From Deltaproteobacteria bacterium (lineage in GTDB: Bacteria > Myxococcota_A > UBA9042 > PHBI01): a stretch of DNA of 64,000 bases. The translations under genes and the position numbers were made by a program. Shown here piece by piece: positions 40,098-49,049 of the stretch (position 1 is its first letter; every line of letters begins with the position of its first letter). The stretch lies in NCBI GenBank assembly GCA_011526585.1, contig WYBB01000133.1, positions 15-64,014 on the forward strand, given 5' to 3'. Under the pieces are notes generated by a model. That model made no database searches. It was not told the DNA's origin and was given only the letters and a program-made list of their open reading frames with translations.

Positions 40098-40678
40098 TCG
40101 GTGGCCACCCCCAGGGCCTGTCTCAGCTTGATCATCGCCGATCTTACGCGCGACTTCACCGTTCCGATCGGAATCCCGAGCTCATCCGCGATTTCACTCG
40201 ACGAGAGCCCGTCGAAGAAGCCGAGCACGATCACCTGGCGCTGCTCGAGCGGCAGCTCCGCCAGGACGCCCCGCAGCCGTCCGGCATCGGCGCGCGCATC
40301 CATGGCACCGTCGCCGGCGAGCATGTCGGGACGCGCTCGCGCCATCGTCTCGTCGGGGTCGTCACCCAGGCTCTGTCGTCGCGCCCGCGGCGCCGCGCGC
40401 AGCCGATCCAGGCAACGCGAGCGCATGCGCAGCGCGATCCAGGTACGCACGGTCGCGCGTTTCGGATCGAAGTCACCCGCGTGCCGCCACACCTCGACCA
40501 GCACGTCGTGCACGACGTCCTCGGCCTCCTCGCGGTCGCCGAGGATCCGCACCCCGAGCGCCATCAGTAGCGGCGCGTAGCGGTCGTAGATCCGCCCGAG
40601 CGCCAGGGTGTCACCGCGCGCGACGGCGGCGATCTCCACGGCGTCGAGCGCGTGGTCGTGGGGCGGTGTTGCGGTCAT
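40094..40678 (-). CDS. ECF-type RNA polymerase sigma factor
   Basis: ATG at 40678. Region 2: YAPLLMALGVRILGDREEAEDVVHDVLVEVW. Region 4: LPLEQRQVIVLGFFDGLSSSEIADELGIPIGTVKSRV. Confidence 0.9.
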   Translation of the reverse strand: MTATPPHDHALDAVEIAAVARGDTLALGRIYDRYAPLLMALGVRILGDREEAEDVVHDVLVEVWRHAGDFDPKRATVRTWIALRMRSRCLDRLRAAPRARRQSLGDDPDETMARARPDMLAGDGAMDARADAGRLRGVLAELPLEQRQVIVLGFFDGLSSSEIADELGIPIGTVKSRVRSAMIKLRQALGVATE

Positions 40679-40927
40679 CCAGGCCGAGCTCAGGGGGACG
40701 CGACCGCCGATCGGTCGCCGCTGGGCGAATACTAACAGCCTCGCCGGGCCGTGGCGAGACCCCGCGAGCCCTTCCGGGCACGGCCGATGCAACGGTCCCA
40801 GGCGCGAACGACCACTTTCGAACCGGGGTCATCATGGACTTCACAAGACTTCGGCACATCGCGCTCCAGAGCCCGATCTCGCCGTGCCGGCCCTGCGTCT
40901 TACGACCCGCGAGGCCTCGCACAACGT

Positions 40928-40960
40928 TTGACAGCAACCCAGGAAAACAGCATCCTGGGT
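40928..40960 (+). promoter_or_regulatory. TTGACA-N17-CATCCT promoter candidate overlapped by an 8-bp inverted repeat (acccagga...tcctgggt); likely autoregulated TA promoter/operator
   Basis: Read directly. It ends 2 nt before the antitoxin ATG at 40963, which leaves little room for an RBS, so the transcript may be leaderless or the call may be wrong. Confidence 0.3.
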
Positions 40961-40962
40961 GC

Positions 40963-41181
40963 ATGTCGACACGGCTCTCCACAGACCTGGGAGACCCCCG
41001 TCTGATGAAGCTCCTCAAGGCCGAGGCCCTCGAGCGGGACACCAGCATCAAGGACGTGCTCACGCGCGCGCTCGAGGCCTACTTCGCCGAGCGTCTCGAG
41101 GCCAAGACGATCGCGCGCATGGCCGACTCGGCCTTCGAGGAGTGGGAGGACCCCCGCGACGCGGACTACGATCGATTGTGA
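40963..41181 (+). CDS. Ribbon-helix-helix (CopG-like) antitoxin
   Basis: 72 aa. STRLSTDLGDPRLMKLLKAEALERDTSIKDVLTRALEAYF. The stop overlaps the toxin start (GTGA). Confidence 0.7.
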   Translation: MSTRLSTDLGDPRLMKLLKAEALERDTSIKDVLTRALEAYFAERLEAKTIARMADSAFEEWEDPRDADYDRL

Positions 41182-41522
41182 CCGCCGGCGACGTCATCCT
41201 CGTTCGATTCCCCTTCTCGGACATCGAGACGACCAAGAAGCGTCCCGCGCTGGTCCTGACGGAGTCGATGCGCTCGCCTCGCAACCTCCTGGTCACGGTG
41301 GCCATGATCACGAGCCAGATCGAGGCTCTGAGGCTGGAGGGGGACGTGCTGCTCGGCAACTGGCAGGAGGCTGGCTTGCTGCATCCGAGCCTCCTTCGCA
41401 TGGCCAAGGTGGCTACCGTTGATGGCGATCTCGTCGACAGGGTCATCGGCGCGCTGACGCCGAGTGACATGCGCGCGGCAAAGCTGGCCTTCCGCCGCGT
41501 CTTCGCGTCCTGGGTGCGGTGA
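41178..41522 (+). CDS. PemK/MazF-family type II toxin
   Basis: GDVILVRFPFSDIETTKKRPALVL is the typical N-terminal strand motif. 114 aa, GTG start. Confidence 0.8.
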   Translation: MTAGDVILVRFPFSDIETTKKRPALVLTESMRSPRNLLVTVAMITSQIEALRLEGDVLLGNWQEAGLLHPSLLRMAKVATVDGDLVDRVIGALTPSDMRAAKLAFRRVFASWVR

Positions 41523-41547
41523 TGGCGTCCGGCGCGTGCGGGTTCGC

Positions 41548-42636
41548 TCACGCCGTGCGCGCGGCGCGCCACGCCTGCGGCGTCATCCCGGTCCAGCGCT
41601 TGAACGCGCGGAAGAAGGGCGCGGTCTCCGCGTAGCCGAGCAGGAACGCGATCTCCGAGCACGACAGGTGGCGGTCCTCGAGCAGCAGGGTCGCGCGCTC
41701 GCGGCGCGCCTCGTCGACGAGCGCGGCGAAGGAGGTGCCTTCGTCCGCGAGGCGCCGGTGCAGGGTGCGCTCGGAGGTGCCGAGGCGCTGCGCGACGATC
41801 GGCAGGCGCGCGTCGCCGCTCGCGAGCAGCTCGCCGACCTCGCGCCGCGCGTGATCCGCGTGACTCGCCGCCGAGGGGAGCTGCGCCTCGAGCTGATCGG
41901 CCCGGCGGGCGAGGTAGCTGAAGAGGTGTGGATCGCTGCGCGGCACCTGCAGGTCGAGGAGCGACGCGTCGAATGCGACTTCGAAGAGCGGCCCCGCCCA
42001 CGCCACCGGGCACGCGAAGAAGCGCTCGTGCCGCTCGGGATCGGGCGGTCGCGGCAGCGGGAAGGTCACGTGGCGCGCACGCACGTCCCGCCCGCTGAGG
42101 GCACGCATCACCGACACGAGCGCCGCGGCCTGGGCCTCGACCGGCTCGCGCAGGCGCGCGAACGCGGGGTGCGCGGGGCGCGAGAAGACGACCCGCTCGC
42201 CCGCCGGCTCGCGGCGCCGCTCGTGGCGAGGGACCACGTCGGGGTGCACGACGGCGCGATAGCGCTGCAGCCAGTCGAGCGCCTCACCCACGGTGCGGCC
42301 GTGGCTCATGGCGTAGCCGACGACGCCCATGCCGGAGAGGCCGAGGCGCTCGCCGAGCTGAAGGCCGATCGGGCGGCGTGACAGGATCTGCCACAGCCGG
42401 ATGTCGAGCTCGAGCGGCACGCGCGCGTCGGGATCGCTCAAGAGCACGGGATCGATGCCGGCCTCTTCCAGGATCGCGTCGCTGTCGAGCCCGATGGCGC
42501 GCGCGGCGTCGATGACGCCGATGACCAGCGCGGCCAGGACCGAGTGGGAGCTCACGAGCCGAGAGCATGTCACCTGGCGGCGAGGGTCGCAACGCTGGCG
42601 GACAGGGTCACTGACCAGGCCGCCCCGCCGCGCCAT
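41548..42636 (-). CDS. AraC-family transcriptional regulator
   Basis: C-terminal HTH pair IVAQRLGTSERTLHRRL...SEIAFLLGYAETAPFFRAFKRWTGMTP. An alternative GTG start lies at 42555. Confidence 0.85.
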   Translation of the reverse strand: MARRGGLVSDPVRQRCDPRRQVTCSRLVSSHSVLAALVIGVIDAARAIGLDSDAILEEAGIDPVLLSDPDARVPLELDIRLWQILSRRPIGLQLGERLGLSGMGVVGYAMSHGRTVGEALDWLQRYRAVVHPDVVPRHERRREPAGERVVFSRPAHPAFARLREPVEAQAAALVSVMRALSGRDVRARHVTFPLPRPPDPERHERFFACPVAWAGPLFEVAFDASLLDLQVPRSDPHLFSYLARRADQLEAQLPSAASHADHARREVGELLASGDARLPIVAQRLGTSERTLHRRLADEGTSFAALVDEARRERATLLLEDRHLSCSEIAFLLGYAETAPFFRAFKRWTGMTPQAWRAARTA

Positions 42637-42677
42637 GCTATGTCCATCGGCTCACACACGAGCCGGGAGGTGAACCC

Positions 42678-43838
42678 ATGGACATGCACGAGCTCGACGT
42701 CATCGTGATCGGCGGCGCGACCGGCGGCGCCGCCACCGCCCTCCTCCTCGCGCGCGCCGGGGCGCGCGTGACGCTCCTCGAGAAGGTCGCCGAGCCGCGC
42801 GCCGTCGGCGCCGGGATCGCCATCGCCGACAACGGCCTCGCGGTGCTCGAGTCCCTCGGCCTGGGCCCCGCGCTCATGCGCACGGCGTGCCCGCTGTACG
42901 GGGCCGCCGTCGTCGACGCGCGCGGGCGCACGCTCTTTTCACCGCCCGAGCCGCGGCCGCGTCTGATGATGCTCCGCCGCGCCGCGCTCCAGGGCGTGCT
43001 GCTCGACGCGCTCGCGGGCGAGCCGCGCATCCGGACCCGGTTCGGCGCCGAGGTGGTCGCGACCTCGCGCGACGGCACGGTGGTCGTGGAGAGCGCCGGC
43101 CACCGCGAGGAGCTCCACGCCGAGCTCGTGGTCGGGGCGGACGGCGTGCACTCACGCGTGCGCGCCAGCGGGGACTTCGGCGCCCGCCAGCGCCCTCCCG
43201 GCATCGCCTACCTGCGCGCGCTCGTCCCGGGCGTCGAAGCCGAAAACGTCGAGGCCTGGACCTCGGCCGGCCTCTTCGGGACCTTCGACGTCGAGGGCGG
43301 CACCTACCTCTATGCCTCGGCGAGCTCGCGCGCCACGCGCGCCGCGGTCGAGGCCCGCGATCTCGTCTCGCTCAGGCGCGTCTGGCGCGACGCCTACCCC
43401 GCCTCCGAGCGCTTCCTGTCGTCGCTGTCGAGCTTCGACGAGCTGCTCGTCAACCGCGTGCTGCGCGTCGACTGCCGCCGCTGGCACGACGGCCGCGTGG
43501 TCCTCGTCGGCGACGCCGCACACGCGATGGCGCCGAACCTCGGCCAGGGCGCCAACAGCGCGCTCGTCGACGCCGCCGTGCTGCTCGACGAGCTGCGCCG
43601 GCACCCGAGCCCGCCCGAGGCGCTGGCCGCCTATGAGGCACGTCGCCGGCCGGCGGTGCGCCGCGTCGCCACCACCGCCGCGCGCCTCGGCCGCCTCGCC
43701 GAGCTCTCCAACCCGCTCTCGCGCTTCCTGCGCGACCGCGTGCTCATGCCGCTCGCGCGCCGCTTCGCGAGCCCCGCGACCAACGACACCGTGATGCAGG
43801 AGCCGCCCGCCACGCTGCTCGCCATCGGGCGGGCCTGA
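42678..43838 (+). CDS. FAD-dependent aromatic-ring monooxygenase (UbiH/salicylate hydroxylase-like)
   Basis: DVIVIGGATGGAATALLLARAG, ADGVHSRVR and GDAAHAMAPNLGQGAN. Confidence 0.9.
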   Translation: MDMHELDVIVIGGATGGAATALLLARAGARVTLLEKVAEPRAVGAGIAIADNGLAVLESLGLGPALMRTACPLYGAAVVDARGRTLFSPPEPRPRLMMLRRAALQGVLLDALAGEPRIRTRFGAEVVATSRDGTVVVESAGHREELHAELVVGADGVHSRVRASGDFGARQRPPGIAYLRALVPGVEAENVEAWTSAGLFGTFDVEGGTYLYASASSRATRAAVEARDLVSLRRVWRDAYPASERFLSSLSSFDELLVNRVLRVDCRRWHDGRVVLVGDAAHAMAPNLGQGANSALVDAAVLLDELRRHPSPPEALAAYEARRRPAVRRVATTAARLGRLAELSNPLSRFLRDRVLMPLARRFASPATNDTVMQEPPATLLAIGRA

Positions 43839-43876
43839 TCGCCCCGGCCACCCCGACCGTCATCGGACGTGATCGC

Positions 43877-46800
43877 TCACGGCACCTGCTCGTCGTCCGC
43901 ATCCACGGCCCGGACTTCATCGGGACGAAGGACCTCGAGCAGCGTCGCGATGGCGGTCGTCTCGGCGCTCGCCGGGAAGCTCGGGCGCTCCGGGTTGTCC
44001 GATCGCAGGATCCACCCGGGACCCGTGCGCACGATGCGCTTGAGCTGCCAGCCGAAGCCGTCGACGGGATCGGGCACCTGCACGAGCGCGACCTTGCCCT
44101 CGAGCGCTCCGAGGCCGACGCCGCGCGCCCAGCGCAGGGCGACCCAGTCGCCATCGTGGATCGGACGCAGGCCTCCCTGCATCGAGTCGCCCGACGCGCG
44201 CACGAGGAAGACGTCATCCTCTCCGGCCCACGCGACCTCACGCGTCAGCTCGACCCAGGTGGCCTCGATGGAGCTCGGCTCATCGGGCCGGTCGATCGCC
44301 CCGGCCGCCGCGCGGAGCGTCGCATAGGCGCGCACCCGGCGGCTCGCGAGATCGATCACGACCGCGCCCCCGGCACCGGCGACCGCGCCGACCGGCGCGG
44401 CCCACCACATCCCGGATGAGCGGACGAAACGAACGGCACCCTTCGATCCCGTCCCCCGTTGCCCGGCCGTCGGGCCGAACCAGCGCCGCAACAAGTCGGG
44501 GAGCGCGTTCTTCCGTCGCCCCAGTCCCGCCGGCGCCGCCTCCGCGCAGCCGGTCGCGGTGAAGCGGAAGTCCCACGGCACGCTCTCGATCCGCACCGTC
44601 ACGGCGCCGACGCCCGGACCCACCCCCGGCTCGAAGCCCAGAACCGGGTCGCGGCCCGACCAGCCGAGCCGTGCCTCGAAGGCGACCTCACCCGCATCCG
44701 GCGTCGGGGCGATCCTTCGCCGATATTGCGCCAGGCGATAGTCCACCAGCTCGCGCGTGAGCTCGGCCAGCGTCGCCTCGAGGCCTACGGGCGCCGCGAA
44801 GCGCGGCACGAGGTGCTGCTCCGCGGCACGCGCCTCGAGCGCGAAGTGAGCGCCCGCAGTCCACGCCGCGATCGGGTTCTTGCGCCAGTACCGCCGCCAC
44901 ACCTCGGGGTCGGGCCGCCGCGGGTCCGGCAGCTCCTTGATGCCCTGAAGGTCGCGCATCAGCTCGGGCGATCGGGCGATCACCCGGTGACTCGCCTCGG
45001 CCAGCGCGCCGAGCTCCATGCCCGTGCCCAGCGCCTCGTGCTCGAGCAGGACCTCGATGACGATGGCCTTGAAACACTTGCTCATCGCGCTGCTCTCGAG
45101 CTCGCGCAGCCACGGCCCGCACGCCGCGACCACCGCGACCTCGTCGGGGCTCAGGTCGCCCTCGTCGCGCACGAGGTCGAACCAGCTCCGCCCGCTCGGA
45201 CGGAGCGCCTGCGGCGAGAGCCCGAGCCGGAAGAGCTCCCCGAGCCGGGGTCGCTCGTCGCGCAGCGCCCGCAGCTCGCGGTAGGTCCGCTCGAGCTCGG
45301 TCCGACCGGCGGGCAGGAGGCGGCGAAGGAGATCGACGGCCTCGAGCTCGATCTCGATCGAGCAGCCGGGCGGCAAGGCCGGCGCCTCGCCGTCGAGGAA
45401 GGCCCGGAGCGCGTCGCGATCCCGCGCACCGAGCGAGACGAGGCGGCCGATCCGATCGAGGAAGACCTTGTGGTTGCCGACGAAGTCCAAGACGGTCACG
45501 CGCTCTTTTCCGGGCGCGACGCGCAGACCCCGGCCGAGCTGCTGCAGGAACACGATGGGGGACTCGGTCGGGCGCAACATCGCCACCCGATCGACCGCCG
45601 GCACGTCGACGCCCTCGTTGAACAGGTCGACCGTCGCGAGCGCGTCGAGCTCACCGACGCGCAGGCGCGCCAACGCCAGATCCCGCTCGGCCGAGCCCGG
45701 GCCACTGTGAACCGCCTCGATCCGCACGCCGCGCGCGGCGAGCCACCGCGTCGCGAAGGTCGCGTGTCGTATCGACGCGCAGAACACCAGCGTGCGAGAG
45801 CCCGGGTGCGCTTGCCACGCCTCCCAGAGCCGCTCCATGCGCGCCTCGGTCTCGACCGCCAGCGCCAGCGCCTCGGGATCGAAGCGGCGGTTGCGCCACG
45901 GGATCGGCGCAAAGTCGGTCGTGTCGCGCAGCCCGAAATAGGCAAACGGCGCGAGCAGGCCCTCGCCGATCCCCCGGCCCAGATCGGCCCGATAGACCAG
46001 ATGGTCGTCGAAGAGCCCGAGCAGGTCGGCCTCGTCCTGGCGCTCGGGCGTGGCCGTGAGCCCCAGTACGAAGCCCGTCTCCACGCGGTCGAGCACCCGC
46101 CGATAGGTCGGCGCCGTGGCGTGGTGCACCTCGTCGACGATGACGTAGTCCCAGCGCGCCGCGGCGAGCCGCGCGAGCCAGGGGTCGCGCGAGACCTTCT
46201 GCACCGAGGCCAGCACGAGGTCCGCATCCAGGCCACCGGAGGCGCCGGCGCAGAAGTCGATCCGCGCCTCGGGCCACCTCGCCGTGAGCGCGCCACCCAG
46301 GGTGTGGGCGGCCTGGTCGAGCAGCTCGCCGCGGTGCGCGAGGAAGAGCACGCGCGGCGCCCGCTCGCGATCACCGAAGGCGGCGATCAGATCGAACGCC
46401 GCCAGCCAGGTCTTGCCGAGCCCGGTCGCGAGCACCAGGAGCGCCCGACCGCGACCCTCGGCGCGGGCTCGTGCCAGCGCGGCCAGCCCCTCCTGCTGCA
46501 CCGCGTGCGGCGTCGGCATCGCAAACGGTGGCTCGACCTCCGCCCGCGCGAGCTCATCCGCCGCGCGGGTCCCGGCCTCTTCCGGTCGTCGGCGCCTCGC
46601 GTAGGCCGCGATCCACTCGGCGTCGAGCGCGTGGGCTTCGAGCCACAGCGCCTCGAAGCCCGAGACCAGCCGGCCCCAGCCTTCGCGATCCTCGTCGCGA
46701 TCGATGCGCAGGTTCCACTCGATGCCGTGGTTCAGCGCCGACTCGGAGATGTTCGACGAGCCGACGAAGGCGACACCCCGCTCCGGCCACTCGAAACGCC

Positions 46801-47476
46801 ACGCCTTCGGGTGGAAGGCGCGGCGGCCTCGCGTCTCGAACACGCGGGCGGCCAGGTTCGGGCCGACCCAGCCGAGCAGCGTCATGAGCGCTTCGGGCGC
46901 GGTGATCTCGAGGTAGTCGCCGGTGAGCACCCGGATGGTGGCGCCGCGCTCGCGCGCGTCCAGGAGCTCGCGTTGCAGCTGCAGGAGCCCGGAGCGCTGG
47001 ATGAACGCCGCGATGATGTCGATGCGTGTGGCCGTCCCGAAGAGCGTGCCCAGGTGCGCCTTGAAAGGGTCGTCGCCGCCCCTGGCGAGCCGTGTCATCG
47101 GGTCGCGCTTGTAGTTGCCCTTCCACGGGATGACGTGGCGCACGCCGCCGCGCGGGTCGTCCATGTCGCCGCGATAGCGCGGGATGAGGTGCACGTGCAG
47201 GTGGGCGACGGTCTGACCGCCGGCCTCGCCGACGTTGATCCCGATGTTGTAGCCGTCGGGTCGATACTCGCGCTCGAGCCGCGCCTTGACGACGGCGACG
47301 AGGTCCATGAGCGCGCGCTGCTCTTCGACGCTCGCCTCGAACCACGTCGCCACGAGCCGCTTCGGGATGATCAGCGCGTGGCCCGGACTCACCGGGAAGC
47401 CGTCGAAGATCGCGAAGGCCAGCGCGTTGCTCGCGATCCACTCGGACTCGGAGCGCTCGAGGAACGGTGAGCTCAC
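43877..47476 (-). CDS. 1199-aa fusion: HIT domain, PLD-family (HKD) nuclease, SF2 DEAD/DEAH-type helicase, DUF3427-like region, S24 LexA-like peptidase
   Basis: HIT: HLHVHLIP. PLD: FHPKAWRF...GSSNIS. Helicase: ATGLGKT, IVDEVHH, LGLTATP and QQLGRGLR. S24: AAAG...ASGDSMQ...WQLKRI. Confidence 0.9.
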   Translation of the reverse strand: MSSPFLERSESEWIASNALAFAIFDGFPVSPGHALIIPKRLVATWFEASVEEQRALMDLVAVVKARLEREYRPDGYNIGINVGEAGGQTVAHLHVHLIPRYRGDMDDPRGGVRHVIPWKGNYKRDPMTRLARGGDDPFKAHLGTLFGTATRIDIIAAFIQRSGLLQLQRELLDARERGATIRVLTGDYLEITAPEALMTLLGWVGPNLAARVFETRGRRAFHPKAWRFEWPERGVAFVGSSNISESALNHGIEWNLRIDRDEDREGWGRLVSGFEALWLEAHALDAEWIAAYARRRRPEEAGTRAADELARAEVEPPFAMPTPHAVQQEGLAALARARAEGRGRALLVLATGLGKTWLAAFDLIAAFGDRERAPRVLFLAHRGELLDQAAHTLGGALTARWPEARIDFCAGASGGLDADLVLASVQKVSRDPWLARLAAARWDYVIVDEVHHATAPTYRRVLDRVETGFVLGLTATPERQDEADLLGLFDDHLVYRADLGRGIGEGLLAPFAYFGLRDTTDFAPIPWRNRRFDPEALALAVETEARMERLWEAWQAHPGSRTLVFCASIRHATFATRWLAARGVRIEAVHSGPGSAERDLALARLRVGELDALATVDLFNEGVDVPAVDRVAMLRPTESPIVFLQQLGRGLRVAPGKERVTVLDFVGNHKVFLDRIGRLVSLGARDRDALRAFLDGEAPALPPGCSIEIELEAVDLLRRLLPAGRTELERTYRELRALRDERPRLGELFRLGLSPQALRPSGRSWFDLVRDEGDLSPDEVAVVAACGPWLRELESSAMSKCFKAIVIEVLLEHEALGTGMELGALAEASHRVIARSPELMRDLQGIKELPDPRRPDPEVWRRYWRKNPIAAWTAGAHFALEARAAEQHLVPRFAAPVGLEATLAELTRELVDYRLAQYRRRIAPTPDAGEVAFEARLGWSGRDPVLGFEPGVGPGVGAVTVRIESVPWDFRFTATGCAEAAPAGLGRRKNALPDLLRRWFGPTAGQRGTGSKGAVRFVRSSGMWWAAPVGAVAGAGGAVVIDLASRRVRAYATLRAAAGAIDRPDEPSSIEATWVELTREVAWAGEDDVFLVRASGDSMQGGLRPIHDGDWVALRWARGVGLGALEGKVALVQVPDPVDGFGWQLKRIVRTGPGWILRSDNPERPSFPASAETTAIATLLEVLRPDEVRAVDADDEQVP

Positions 47477-47537
47477 CTGGTGGATCTATCACCGCGCCCC
47501 AGGGCGGTCACCCGGGGGAGCCCCTCGCCGCGTCCGC

Positions 47538-49013
47538 CTACAGGAGCCCGAAGAGCGGCAGCCACACGGTGACGAGCAGCACGATCGCGGCGAAGCCGAC
47601 CAGGTGCAGCAGGATCCCGCGCGTGGCGACCTCGCGCGGGCGATAGAAGCCGAGCGACCAGCCGACGGCGGTGGCGGGCGTCGACATCGGGAACATGAAC
47701 GCGAAGTTCGACGGCAGGACGATCATCATCGCGGCGGCGCGCGGATCGATCCCCATGCTCTGCGAAAAGGCCAGGGTCGGCGGCAGCAGCATCGCCACCA
47801 CCGCGGCGTTGCTCATGAACTCGGTCATCAGCGCGGCGGCGAAGCCGATGCTGATCAGGAGCACCGTCGGCGAGGTGAAGCCCTCGTCGAAGAGCGCGCC
47901 GGTGAGCCACCGCGCCGCGCCCGACTCGGTCATCGCCGCCGACAGGCAGAGCGCGCCGCCGTACATCAGGATGATGCCCCAGTGCACGTTGTCCTCGATC
48001 TCCTGCCAGCTCACGAGGCGCAGGACGAAGAGCAGGGTCGTCGCCAGGATGGCGATGACGTCGAGGCCGAGCTCGCGCCCGTAGGCGGCCCATGAGAAGA
48101 CCGTGAGCAGCATGATCACGCCGACGAGCTGCTCGCGCACGGTGGTCTTGCCCATCTCCTCGAGCTTCGACCTGAGGAGCCGCCGCGCCGAGTCGGTGCT
48201 CGGGACCTCGGAACGATAGCGCCCGAGCAGCACGAGCCCGACGACGAAGAGCGTCACCACCAGCGGCGCCGAGTAGCCCATGTACTCGACGAAGCCGATC
48301 GTCGAGCGGCCGTCGGTCGCCTCCTCGAGCAGACCGATCGTCAGCGGCGCGCGGTTGCCGCCGAGGATGGTCAGCGTGCCGCCGATGATGCAGCCCCACG
48401 CCAGCGCGAAGGAGAGCTGGCGGCCGAGCTGCGAGCGCGCCTTGTCGAGCTCGAGCGCGCGGGTGATGTCGGTGACGATCGGCAGCAGCATCACCGCGAC
48501 GGCGTGCTCGCTCATCAGCGTCGAGGCGACCGCCGAGAGCGTGTAGACCGCGACGACCAGGCGCCAGGGGGTCTTGCCGAAGCGCTCGACCACCAGCGTG
48601 GCGAGGCGCTTGGAGAGCCCGCTCTTGATCAGCGCCGCCGAGAGCATGAGCGATCCGATCAAGAAGAAGACGACCTTCGAGCCGAAGTGGCGGTAGGTCT
48701 CCTCGGGCGGCAGGATCCCCGCGAGCGGCACGAGCGCCATCGCGCACAGGCTGGTGATCGGCGGCGGCAGGAGCGCGGTCGCCCACAGGATCGCGCACAG
48801 GCCGAAGATGCAGATCGTGCGCCAGCCGGCGACCGCGAGGCCCTCGGGCGGCTCGAGGTTCAGCGCGAGGACGAGCAGCGCGAAGAGCGCGACCAGCGTG
48901 AGCTGACGCCACAGGCGTGAGGCCAGGACCTGCGACAGCGGTCGCCGATCGATCTCGAAGCGGCGCAGGTGCAGCGGCCGCTCGCTCGAGTCGTGGTCCT
49001 CGCCTTTGGACAT
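47538..49013 (-). CDS. DASS/SLC13-type anion:sodium symporter (ArsB/NhaD permease superfamily)
   Basis: About 12 predicted hydrophobic segments. Repeated (S/T)NxA(V/A) hairpin-like motifs are present, for example FMSNAAVVAMLLP. Confidence 0.8.
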   Translation of the reverse strand: MSKGEDHDSSERPLHLRRFEIDRRPLSQVLASRLWRQLTLVALFALLVLALNLEPPEGLAVAGWRTICIFGLCAILWATALLPPPITSLCAMALVPLAGILPPEETYRHFGSKVVFFLIGSLMLSAALIKSGLSKRLATLVVERFGKTPWRLVVAVYTLSAVASTLMSEHAVAVMLLPIVTDITRALELDKARSQLGRQLSFALAWGCIIGGTLTILGGNRAPLTIGLLEEATDGRSTIGFVEYMGYSAPLVVTLFVVGLVLLGRYRSEVPSTDSARRLLRSKLEEMGKTTVREQLVGVIMLLTVFSWAAYGRELGLDVIAILATTLLFVLRLVSWQEIEDNVHWGIILMYGGALCLSAAMTESGAARWLTGALFDEGFTSPTVLLISIGFAAALMTEFMSNAAVVAMLLPPTLAFSQSMGIDPRAAAMMIVLPSNFAFMFPMSTPATAVGWSLGFYRPREVATRGILLHLVGFAAIVLLVTVWLPLFGLL

Positions 49014-49049
49014 CCGCGCTGCTCTCGGGATCTCGGGGGAGGAGGTCGC

